A DNA stretch of 64,000 nucleotides from Verrucomicrobiota bacterium (lineage in GTDB: Bacteria; Verrucomicrobiota; Lentisphaeria; Lentisphaerales; Lentisphaeraceae): NCBI GenBank assembly GCA_039798785.1, contig JBDKFG010000024.1, forward strand, positions 46,111 to 110,110, given 5' to 3'. The notes beneath the pieces were generated by a model. It made no database searches. It was not told the origin of the DNA and saw only the letters and a program-made list of their open reading frames with translations. Positions 18,110 to 26,412 of this stretch are shown here, in pieces (position 1 is the first letter of the stretch; each line of letters begins with the position of its first letter). A program made the translations under genes and the position numbers.

Positions 18110-18298
18110 CGACCTGTGTCACTCCATTTGAGCTCGGCCACAAAAGACACAAAGAACACAAAGAACAGAGTTTTGCCGTGTCAGCTCGCCGAGTGTCAGT
18201 CGCCCATTCTGCGTTCTTCTGCGTTCTTCTGCGTTCTTCTGCGTTCTTCTGCGTTCTTCTGCGCTTCAATTGAGCTTGAATCGGAGTAACACAGGTCG
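18110..18298. mobile_element. MITE family A, intact copy with target-site duplication
   Basis: TIRs CGACCTGTGTCACTCC and GGAGTAACACAGGTCG (15/16); AAATCATT duplicated at 18102-18109 and 18299-18306; internal CACAAAGAA repeats and (GCGTTCTTCT)x5 at 18211-18260; inverted copy from 63869. Confidence 0.85.
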
Positions 18299-18333
18299 AA
18301 ATCATTGCCCTGACGGGCATGGCGAGCGCAAGC

Positions 18334-19149
18334 TCAGGGAACGTAGCGGCGGTCGAAGGTGTAGGGCATGCCGCGGCTGAGATTGACCCCTTCGTCCTGG
18401 GTTGCGTCGCTGTAGCTGGCACCCTCCGCGATCTCGCCGAAGCCGGCGCGGCTGCTGTTGTCGACTTCGGTCACGTCTTTGACCGGGATGACCAGAGACA
18501 CCAAGCCTGCGTGGCCATCGGTAAATCCCGCGATGAAACGGTTTTGCGGATCCAATCCGTAGTGGTGGTTACCTTTTTTGATCTCGGTCTTGGTGTGCTC
18601 CCAGCGATGGAAGACGACGTCGAGACCGGCTGTCTCGATGAAGGCGATCATCAGATTGGGGCTTTTCACCAGATTGTTGTTGATTCCCAGGTTCGAGCCG
18701 TTTTGACAGAGATTGAAGGGGCCGTCGCTGGTGTTGTTATACTGGTTCCCCGGAATGTTGGTGGCGTAGCTGGCGCCGGTGTGGTCGTGGCAGCTCTTGG
18801 CGGCGCCGTTCAGGCGGGTATATCTGTCCGCCGGACATTTGGCCGTCAGGAGAGGGTCGGCGTTGTTCTGCTTCAGATAGACGTTCAAGGGACGGGGGTT
18901 GTCGGCCGGAATGTAAGGTGCTGTCTTGCCGAACCAGCCATACTGGGTCCCGGCGATCCGCGTCGGGTAGTAGTTCCGGTTTGCCATCAGATACATGGTG
19001 CAGGCACGGGCGATCTGCCCCTGGTTGCTGATGCAGACCGCCTGCACAGCCTTCTCCCGGCTGCGCATGATAGCGGTCGCCAGCAACGAGACAAGGATCA
19101 GGATGATCACCACCACCACCAGCAGCTCAGTCAAAGTGAAGCGTCGCAT
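18334..19149 (-). CDS. Prepilin-type N-terminal methylation domain protein (DUF1559 / H-X9-DG type)
   Basis: MRRFTLTELLVVVVIILIL, CISNQGQI, HH......RFIAGFTDGHA. Confidence 0.85.
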   Translation of the reverse strand: MRRFTLTELLVVVVIILILVSLLATAIMRSREKAVQAVCISNQGQIARACTMYLMANRNYYPTRIAGTQYGWFGKTAPYIPADNPRPLNVYLKQNNADPLLTAKCPADRYTRLNGAAKSCHDHTGASYATNIPGNQYNNTSDGPFNLCQNGSNLGINNNLVKSPNLMIAFIETAGLDVVFHRWEHTKTEIKKGNHHYGLDPQNRFIAGFTDGHAGLVSLVIPVKDVTEVDNSSRAGFGEIAEGASYSDATQDEGVNLSRGMPYTFDRRYVP

Positions 19150-19284
19150 GGGATTCCTCCAAGAGTTCGGGTTTTTCCGGTCTTGTGCAAATCCTAGCCT
19201 TGTTTAATTTTAATGCAAGTATATAGTCTTAATATAATCAATAACTTCAAGAAATCGCTCAACCCTGATTCTAGGAGGTTTACG

Positions 19285-19842
19285 ATGAAGATCCTGGCCT
19301 TGATCATGACAATACTGTTTCTTGGCTCATGTCGCGACGCGGTCGAGCCCTTGACGGTCGAGCTCAACCTCGAGATACAAGTGGCGAGCCAGATGAAAGC
19401 CCTAGGTATCGAGGCCGGCGACAAGGTCTTGTTCGTAGGGGATACGGCGTCTTCGCCGGAGATGTCAGCGCTGACGGCGAAGTTCGGCACGCAGTGCCAG
19501 GCGTCGGCGAAATCGGCGAAGGACATCAACTGGCCGGAGCTGCTCGGCGGCGGCGGCTACAAGATGGTCTTCTGCATCGGAGTGCCTGCGATCGACGCGG
19601 AGCAGGACCTGCCCGAAAATGTCATCCCCCTGGTACTCAGCGTCAGCAACTTCAAATCGCCGGTGCCGGATCTGGTCACCAGGGGCTGGGTCGCAACTGC
19701 GTTGGCGCCGCTGCCGATCCTCGGGGACAAGCCCGCAGTGGACCGCGAGCTGATGATCACCAGTCAACTCCAGGCGACCAGCGTCGTCCTGATTGCGGGG
19801 ATGGAGAAGGGCCTGCGCGAACGCTTCCCGCAACTGTTCTGA
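19285..19842 (+). CDS. Hypothetical lipoprotein
   Basis: AGGAGG SD then MKILALIMTILFLGSC lipobox. Confidence 0.6.
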   Translation: MKILALIMTILFLGSCRDAVEPLTVELNLEIQVASQMKALGIEAGDKVLFVGDTASSPEMSALTAKFGTQCQASAKSAKDINWPELLGGGGYKMVFCIGVPAIDAEQDLPENVIPLVLSVSNFKSPVPDLVTRGWVATALAPLPILGDKPAVDRELMITSQLQATSVVLIAGMEKGLRERFPQLF

Positions 19843-20060
19843 GCGGGGCCATGGGTTTGCGGGCGAGTCTATTGAAGCTCGAGATATGCCCATGCTTTGC
19901 CTTGCTGCCCGTCATGGTGATGTGGCGCGGGGACTGGGAGCTGAGCCTGGGACGCCGCCGGAACGCCTTTTTGGCGATGGGCGGCGAGATTTCATCAAGT
20001 CCGGCTAAGGTGGGCGCGTAATCCATTCGCACTTACCAAACCCTTCACCCCGCGGCCTGC

Positions 20061-22217
20061 ATGAGCGAAAACGACCCTGACTCCGTGACCCGCCGGCTTT
20101 CCTACGAAGGCCGCATCGTCGGCATGTCCGAGCTACTGCTTCGCGCCAGGGAGGAAGAGGTGCTGGCTAGCGCCGGCTGCCGGTATTCCGACGCTAAACG
20201 CATCGCCTCAGGCGGGATGAAGGAGATCTACCAGGTTTTCGACTCGAGGACCGAGCGGCTTGTCGCCATGGCCCGGATGCATCCTGACGCCGCCATGGAT
20301 CTGAAGAAGCAGTTTCTCCACGAAGCGCGGATCACCGCCAGTCTCGAACATCCCAGCATCATGCCGGTCTACGACATCGGCGACGAAGGCGGCGAGCCGT
20401 ATTTCACCATGAAGCTGATCCGAGGCCGCACTCTCGGCGAGCTGATCGAGCTGCGTCAGAAGACCCTTCCCCGCGGCATGCCGGGCCCCTCGCTGGAGGA
20501 GCTTCTCGGCCATTTCCTCAAGGTTTGCGACGCCATGGCCTGCGCTCACAGTCACGGGGTCCTGCATCTCGACATCAAGCCGGAAAACATCCAGGTCGGC
20601 GAGTTCGGAGAAGTCCTGCTCTGCGACTGGGGCCTGGCGAGACGCCGGGGTGACGCGGCGGAGGCGGAAGAATGTCTTGCGGGATCGCTCCCCCGCGCCG
20701 CCGGACTCACTCTGCACGGCCGGGTTTTCGGCACGCCAGGGTTCATGGGGCCGGAACAAGCAAGCGACTCGCGCCTCAATCTCTCCCCCGCCGCCGACAT
20801 CTATTCCCTCGGTGCCGTCCTCTACAACCTCCTCTCCGGCCAGCGGCCATGCTCCGGACGGGGCATGACCGAGTCGATGCAGATGACGGTCAACGGCGAG
20901 CTCGCTTCTCCCGGCAGCCTGGTCAGCCACCCCTCGCTGGCGGTGCCGGCGGCCCTTGAGGCGGTCTGCATGCGTGCGATGGCGCTGCGCCCTGAGAATC
21001 GCTACGCATCGGTTTCAGACCTGGCCGCCGAGATCCGCTCGTGGATGAGCGGCTACGCCACCCACGCCGAAGACGCCTCCCCGCTGCGCCAGCTCTGGCT
21101 GCTCGCCCGTCGCCACAAGATCGCGGTCAGCGTCATCGTCAATGCCTTGCTGGTCCTCGCCGTGGCCAGCGCGGTCTTCGTCTCCAACCTCAAGCGCAAG
21201 GAGCGGGAATCCCAGGCCAACGCCGAGACAGCGCGGCAGAACGCCCGCCGGGCCGAAGCGAACGCTCTGGTGGCGCAGTCGCGCGAGAAGGAAGCTCTGG
21301 AGACTCTCCGCCTGCTGCAGAAAGAGCAGGGAGAAAAGGCTCGCCTCGGTGAAGAGGCGGCCAGCCTGATCCGTGAGAAGGTGACCCAATCGGGCGACAT
21401 CCTCGGCTTCAAAAAAGCCTTCGACATCGCTTCGCTGGTGCCTGACAATCCAGTGCTGCGCTCGATGCAGGGCGCCTATTGGCTGTCGAACCAGGAATTC
21501 TCCAAGGCCTGCGACTTCTTCGCCGGCAGCGTCAGCGAGGCGACACGCGATCTCGCTGCCTTTGCCGAACGTCACCGCGGCGTCGCCCCCGGGAAACTCG
21601 CCGAAGCGGATTTCCTCGAGCTCTGCCGTCTCCTCCTCAAACCCGACTTCGCGGTCTACCTGGTGCAGCTGCTGGAGGCCGAAGGCCGTTTCAAGCCGCA
21701 AAGTCACTCCGCGATTTTCCAGAAGGTCATGCCGCTGCTCAATCCCCATCTGCAGGGAAGGCCCTTCGATACCCAGGCCCTCGCTGAAGGCCGCATCGCA
21801 GCCGCCCTCGGCCTGAGCGCCGGCGACCTCAGACCTCTGCGCATCGAGGCCCTCGCCTTGATGAACTTCACCACCCTCGACCTGAGCGGCTGCGCCGTCA
21901 GTGATCTCACACCCCTGCGCCGCCAGAGCCGGCTGAAGATCCTGCTTCTGCGGGGCTGCCCCGCGAAGCAGCTCGAGCCGCTTTCGCAACTCCCCCTCGA
22001 GGAGCTCGACCTCAGCAACAGCGCTGTCACCGATCTCGCCCCTCTGCGCAATCCCAGCCTCCGCCGACTTATGCTGCGGAACTGCCTGCCCGAAAGCCTG
22101 GCGCCGCTGCATCAGCTGCCCCAGCTCGAAGAAATCTCCCTCAGCCCACTCCCTCAGGTGCTGCTCAGGCTGCGTCAGCAGGCACTGCCCGCCAAGTTGA
22201 AGTTGAAACTCCAATAA
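20061..22217 (+). CDS. Hanks-type Ser/Thr kinase with TM segment, coiled coil and C-terminal leucine-rich repeats
   Basis: ASGGMKEIY, HLDIKPENI, DWGLA, GTPGFMGPEQ, DIYSLG; LRRs LDLSGCAVSDLTPL and LDLSNSAVTDLAPL. Confidence 0.9.
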   Translation: MSENDPDSVTRRLSYEGRIVGMSELLLRAREEEVLASAGCRYSDAKRIASGGMKEIYQVFDSRTERLVAMARMHPDAAMDLKKQFLHEARITASLEHPSIMPVYDIGDEGGEPYFTMKLIRGRTLGELIELRQKTLPRGMPGPSLEELLGHFLKVCDAMACAHSHGVLHLDIKPENIQVGEFGEVLLCDWGLARRRGDAAEAEECLAGSLPRAAGLTLHGRVFGTPGFMGPEQASDSRLNLSPAADIYSLGAVLYNLLSGQRPCSGRGMTESMQMTVNGELASPGSLVSHPSLAVPAALEAVCMRAMALRPENRYASVSDLAAEIRSWMSGYATHAEDASPLRQLWLLARRHKIAVSVIVNALLVLAVASAVFVSNLKRKERESQANAETARQNARRAEANALVAQSREKEALETLRLLQKEQGEKARLGEEAASLIREKVTQSGDILGFKKAFDIASLVPDNPVLRSMQGAYWLSNQEFSKACDFFAGSVSEATRDLAAFAERHRGVAPGKLAEADFLELCRLLLKPDFAVYLVQLLEAEGRFKPQSHSAIFQKVMPLLNPHLQGRPFDTQALAEGRIAAALGLSAGDLRPLRIEALALMNFTTLDLSGCAVSDLTPLRRQSRLKILLLRGCPAKQLEPLSQLPLEELDLSNSAVTDLAPLRNPSLRRLMLRNCLPESLAPLHQLPQLEEISLSPLPQVLLRLRQQALPAKLKLKLQ

Positions 22218-22239
22218 GGTCGGATGCCGAATGGGTGAA

Positions 22240-22448
22240 CCTAAAAACCGCATTAGAGCCGCGGAACCGGGTTGAAAGGTTGAAACGCAAACAATTGAAC
22301 AAGAATAATAAGCAATGAATTTGTGCTACCAGAAAGACTTGAGGGTCCTGAACTTTGCCAAGAGTCCTTCGGATATCATAACCTATTGCTGTTGTAGCTA
22401 AAACTTACAACCTTTGAACCTTCCAACCTTTCAACTGCGGTTTTCAGG
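22240..22448. mobile_element. MITE family B (IS1380-like ends)
   Basis: TIRs CCTAAAAACCGCA and TGCGGTTTTCAGG; GTGAA duplicated at 22235-22239 and 22449-22453; AT-rich interior repeated in reverse at 63767-63868. Confidence 0.75.
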
Positions 22449-22481
22449 GTGAAGGGCCGGCGTGCCAGGTCACTCCCGGCT

Positions 22482-23150
22482 TCAAGATCCGAAAAAGCGG
22501 GTGAAGCTGCTCACCGGTGCCCGCGGGGTGCGGTAGTGATTCACCGGTGCTGAGTCATCGGCATAACCGAGGGCCATGCCGGCGATCAAGACATGATCGG
22601 CAGGATAGCCGAGGTGCTCCTTGATCAATGGGCCATACTCGGTGAAGGCCGCCTGGGGGCAGGTCGACAAACCGTGGTCGAGCGCGGCCAGCATCAGCGA
22701 TTGCAGGAAGATGCCCATGTCGACAAAGGCGCCTTTCTCCATCTGGCCGGGAATCAGGAAGAGCAGCAGCACCGGCGCATCAAAAGCGCGGAAATTCGCC
22801 CCCCACTGGGCCCGCTGCCCGGCCTTGTCGTCGCGGACGATCCCGAGGGAGTCGTAGAGCTGCTTGCCGCATTCCAGACGGCGGAGCTTGAAGGGTTCCC
22901 GCCAGGTCCTGGGATAATAGGCGTACTCGGGCACCGGCTTGCCGCCGGCGGAGAAGGCGGCCAGGATCCTCTCCTGCAAGGCGAGCTTGGCCTCCCCTCG
23001 GACGACGGCGACTTCCCAAGGTTGGAGATTGCCGCCGGAGGGGGAGTGGGCCGCTGCCGCGAGGATGGCTTTGAGGCTCGTATCTTCGACCGCTCGGGGC
23101 AGGAAGGCGCGGATCGAAGAGCGCATCCGCAGCGCCTCGGTGATCGTCAT
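22482..23150 (-). CDS. Nitroreductase family protein
   Basis: RSSIRAF, SPSGGNLQPW, FDAP, DMGIFLQSLMLAA, GMALGY. Confidence 0.92.
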   Translation of the reverse strand: MTITEALRMRSSIRAFLPRAVEDTSLKAILAAAAHSPSGGNLQPWEVAVVRGEAKLALQERILAAFSAGGKPVPEYAYYPRTWREPFKLRRLECGKQLYDSLGIVRDDKAGQRAQWGANFRAFDAPVLLLFLIPGQMEKGAFVDMGIFLQSLMLAALDHGLSTCPQAAFTEYGPLIKEHLGYPADHVLIAGMALGYADDSAPVNHYRTPRAPVSSFTRFFGS

Positions 23151-24943
23151 TCTTGGTCTCGCGGGTTTTTCAGGGTGTGGCGGTAGAGGCGGGTGTCGGG
23201 CGCTCCGGGGAGCTTGGCGGCGGCGTCAAGACGCGCCTCGAGGCGGGCGAGGAAGGCGGCGGCGGCCTCGCCTTTCAAGCGCTTCAGCCCTTCCAGGGCG
23301 AGGGCGGCGGCGTAGGGATTGGCGTCGAGTCCGGCGTCGAGAAGCTTGAGCGCCTGAGCCTCGTCGGCGCTGCGGCGGCTGAGCTGCAGGCAGATCATCG
23401 CGTCGAGATAGGACTGCTGGCCGTGGTTGACCGCCCAGGCGACGCTCTGGTGATAGACCATCGACCGCTGCTCATCGGCTTCGTCGTAGTTCCAGTTGTA
23501 GTGGACATGGGTCGCCTCGTCGCCGTCGCCGGCGTACTGGTCGCCTTGGCAGGAGTAGCGGCCCGTCTTGGCGTCGAAGTGCCAGCGCACCAGGGCGCAG
23601 TGGCCGGGCTGGCCGGCGGTGGCGGCGGGGATGCCGGTGATGCGGTAGGTGCGGGCGCCCATGCTGGCCATGGTGCCGCAGACGCCGCCGTCCTTCCACA
23701 TCATCTGGATCGTGCCGTAGTCGAAGGCGAAGGGGCTGAGGCGGCGGGCCGACTGCATGTCGAATTGCTGCGCCACGTCGTCGATGTATTCGCCATAGGT
23801 CTGGGCTTCGCCGCTGTCGCGGAACTTGAGCCAAATCTGCTCGCGCTCGCGCAGCGGCTGGTCGTCGTCGGCGAGCATCATCAGGGTCGGCCAGGGGGCG
23901 GTCAAGGGGTAGAGCGGCCACTGGCGGCTGGCGCCTGCCAAAGGCGGCAGCGGCTGGCGATCGTTGCGAATCAGCCAGGCCATCGCCTCGGCCGGAGTCG
24001 CGGCAGGATCACGCGCCAAGGGCAGGCGCCCCTTGGCACGATAGGCGTCGCGGAACATCTCGAAGGCCTTGCGGATCTTCCGCTCCTGGCGCTCCGGCAC
24101 CTCGTTGGTGGAATCCCAGTGAACGACGCGCTCGCCGCAATCGATGGCGACGGCGAAGCCCTTCGACTTCATGTAGGCGTTGAACTCGCGCTGCAGGCTC
24201 TTGGAGGCGAGGACGTCGGCGGCGATCAGCTTGCGGGTGATCTTCTCCAGCTTCACCACGCCCTCCTGGCGCACCGCGATGCCGCGCTCGTCGTAAACCA
24301 GCGGCCCCGGCAGCTGCACCTTGCGCTCCACCGTGATCTCGGGGTGATCTTCCAGGAAATTGATGATGTGGTCATTCTTGTCGAGCGGACGCTTCGGGTC
24401 CTTGGTGTCCACCCAGACCCGCGGGTCGCCGGGGATGCGCAGTTCGAGAGGATCGCGGGAACTGAGGTCGGGGCCGACGTAGGGCAGCAGCTCGCGTGAA
24501 TCGTTCTGCATCGCGGGTTCCGATTTCCAGCCGCGATGCGAGCCGTTGACGGCGAAGGCGAGGGCGAGCTGCGGGTAGTGGCGGCGCACCGCGTCTTCGC
24601 CGAGATCGATCTCGAGCGAGCGCAGGCCGAGCAGGATGGGCAGGGGATCCTGGCGGAAGCCGTAGACCGTCGCCTGGATCAGCGGGTCGCCGTCGATCCA
24701 GGCGAGGAAGTCCTGCGGCAGGCGAATGCCGCGTTCAGTGCAGGCGGCGAGGGTCTTCAGGCGGGCGTGTTCAAGATAGGCCTTCTTCACGGCGGGAAGA
24801 TCCATCGTCGGATCGGCGCTGAGACGGCTGAGCTGCTGCTGCGCCGCAAGGACTTGATCCGGCTTGACCGGCGGGGCGTAAGAAGAACAGGCCTGCAGGC
24901 CGAGGAGAAGGGCGGCAGAGAGGAGGGCGTAGCGGATTTTCAT
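23147..24943 (-). CDS. Hypothetical lipoprotein with possible transglutaminase-like Cys-His site
   Basis: MKIRYALLSAALLLGLQAC lipobox; GGVCGTMA...GIPA..AGQPGHCAL. Confidence 0.6.
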   Translation of the reverse strand: MKIRYALLSAALLLGLQACSSYAPPVKPDQVLAAQQQLSRLSADPTMDLPAVKKAYLEHARLKTLAACTERGIRLPQDFLAWIDGDPLIQATVYGFRQDPLPILLGLRSLEIDLGEDAVRRHYPQLALAFAVNGSHRGWKSEPAMQNDSRELLPYVGPDLSSRDPLELRIPGDPRVWVDTKDPKRPLDKNDHIINFLEDHPEITVERKVQLPGPLVYDERGIAVRQEGVVKLEKITRKLIAADVLASKSLQREFNAYMKSKGFAVAIDCGERVVHWDSTNEVPERQERKIRKAFEMFRDAYRAKGRLPLARDPAATPAEAMAWLIRNDRQPLPPLAGASRQWPLYPLTAPWPTLMMLADDDQPLREREQIWLKFRDSGEAQTYGEYIDDVAQQFDMQSARRLSPFAFDYGTIQMMWKDGGVCGTMASMGARTYRITGIPAATAGQPGHCALVRWHFDAKTGRYSCQGDQYAGDGDEATHVHYNWNYDEADEQRSMVYHQSVAWAVNHGQQSYLDAMICLQLSRRSADEAQALKLLDAGLDANPYAAALALEGLKRLKGEAAAAFLARLEARLDAAAKLPGAPDTRLYRHTLKNPRDQE

Positions 24944-25116
24944 CAGGACCTCAGGGATTTTGTGTTCCTGATGCAGACGCCAAAGATTCCAGAATGTTCG
25001 CGGCGGCAGAGGTGGAATCCGAACAAAAATTGCCACCACGGACCACGGAAGGCACGGAGCGCACGGAAATTTCAGTGGGGCTTCTCAGAAAGCCATTGAT
25101 CATGCGGGGTTATTGA

Positions 25117-25518
25117 TCACGAATACTCGCAGATCTTGCAGCGGATGTAGTGATCAGGAATCGGATAGCCGCACTTCGGGCATGAGCTGATCGTCGGCAG
25201 ATTTTGAATCGATTCGTTGATCTCATGCTCGCGACGAATGCGGTGTTTTGCCAGGATCTGCATCCGCTCATCCTCAATTCTGGGCCGACCAATCATCAAA
25301 GGGATTTGACTCTCTTCGGGCATCAACCTCGCTACGCAATGCCCGGCGCGAGCGTGCTCGATCGTCTCGGCATCAGTCGCGCAGTAGTAGACCTTTTCGC
25401 GACATTGATCGCAGAAGCGGATCGCGTCATCCTCGGTGCTTTGCAGGGCTTCCCATTTCAGTGGACACTGGAACTTGAAGCTCACCTTGCAGTTGCGGAT
25501 CGTGCGTTCGGTTTTCAT
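25117..25518 (-). CDS. Cys-rich hypothetical protein
   Basis: CPLKWEAL...RFCDQC..VYYC..GHCVA plus C-terminal CPKC...CKIC zinc ribbon; GAGGGG SD. Confidence 0.6.
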   Translation of the reverse strand: MKTERTIRNCKVSFKFQCPLKWEALQSTEDDAIRFCDQCREKVYYCATDAETIEHARAGHCVARLMPEESQIPLMIGRPRIEDERMQILAKHRIRREHEINESIQNLPTISSCPKCGYPIPDHYIRCKICEYS

Positions 25519-25523
25519 GCCCC

Positions 25524-26294
25524 TCACCACAACCTCGCTCCATGCGCGCCCATCGCCTGCGCCAGCTCGTTGGCGGCGGCTTTCAGGTCGGGCAGGAGGG
25601 ATTCGGCTGAGACCTTGCCGTCGGGCGGCAAGAGGCAAGGACAGCTGAGCGCCGCCCAGGCGGGGGTGCTCGAGCTCCAGCGCACCGGCACGGAGAGGTC
25701 GGTGACGCCGTTGATCAGGCGGCTGGGTTGCAGCACATGGCCGGCACTGGCGATCGACTTGAGCTGCTTCTCAAGCTCGGCCCGCTCCTTCTTCGCTACG
25801 TTGGCGAGGACGGCCTCGCCCAGACTGGTTTCGCCGAAGGCCAGCAGGCAAAGGCCGGTGCTGCTGCCGAGCAGTTCGAGCCGCGCCCCGGGACGGACCA
25901 TGGTGATCAGCTCCGCCGGGCTCTCGGCACAGGCGACCACCAGGCCGCGGCCTTGATGAGGTAGAGTGAGGTGACAGCTCTGCCCATGCTGATCGGCGAA
26001 ACGCCGCATCAGCGGCAGCGCCAGGTCGAGCAGGCGCCGCACCGGCGGATGGCGCAGGGCGAGGTCGAGCATCTTGCCGGTGAGGGTGTAGCGCTCCGCC
26101 TCGTCGCGACGCAGCCAGCCGGACTGCTCCAGGACGATCAGCATGCGGTACAGCTCGCCTTGAGTCCGGCCCAGCCGCTGCGCCAGTTCAGTCAAGGTCT
26201 GCGGACGCTCCGCCAAGGCCAGTTCGCTGAGGATCTCCAGGCCCTTCTCCAGGGCCGGGGCCTTGTATTTGCTCTCTCGATCGGCTTCCGGCAT
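25524..26294 (-). CDS. IclR family transcriptional regulator
   Basis: APALEKGLEILSEL, LTELAQRLG, YRMLIVLEQSGW; divergent from the fucose locus. Confidence 0.9.
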   Translation of the reverse strand: MPEADRESKYKAPALEKGLEILSELALAERPQTLTELAQRLGRTQGELYRMLIVLEQSGWLRRDEAERYTLTGKMLDLALRHPPVRRLLDLALPLMRRFADQHGQSCHLTLPHQGRGLVVACAESPAELITMVRPGARLELLGSSTGLCLLAFGETSLGEAVLANVAKKERAELEKQLKSIASAGHVLQPSRLINGVTDLSVPVRWSSSTPAWAALSCPCLLPPDGKVSAESLLPDLKAAANELAQAMGAHGARLW

Positions 26295-26356
26295 GTGCTT
26301 CCCTCGTCTTTTGTGCTGCCCGCAATCTGCGGGTGAAAATCATTTTTGGGAAGGGC

Positions 26357-26396
26357 TTGCGCTTTTTTATATGAAAAGTAATTTTACAAATGAAAT
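26357..26396 (+). promoter_or_regulatory. Probable IclR operator and promoter region of the fucose locus
   Basis: AT-rich imperfect palindromes TTTTTTATATGAAAA and ATTTTACAAATGAAAT overlapping TTGCGC-N16-TAATTT. Confidence 0.5.
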
Positions 26397-26412
26397 CAAC
26401 AGGAGGCGAACG

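Noticed and set aside
18207..18263. Tandem 10-mer array as a possible CRISPR
   Set aside because: Repeats are contiguous with no spacers, lie inside a MITE, and no cas genes are in the window.
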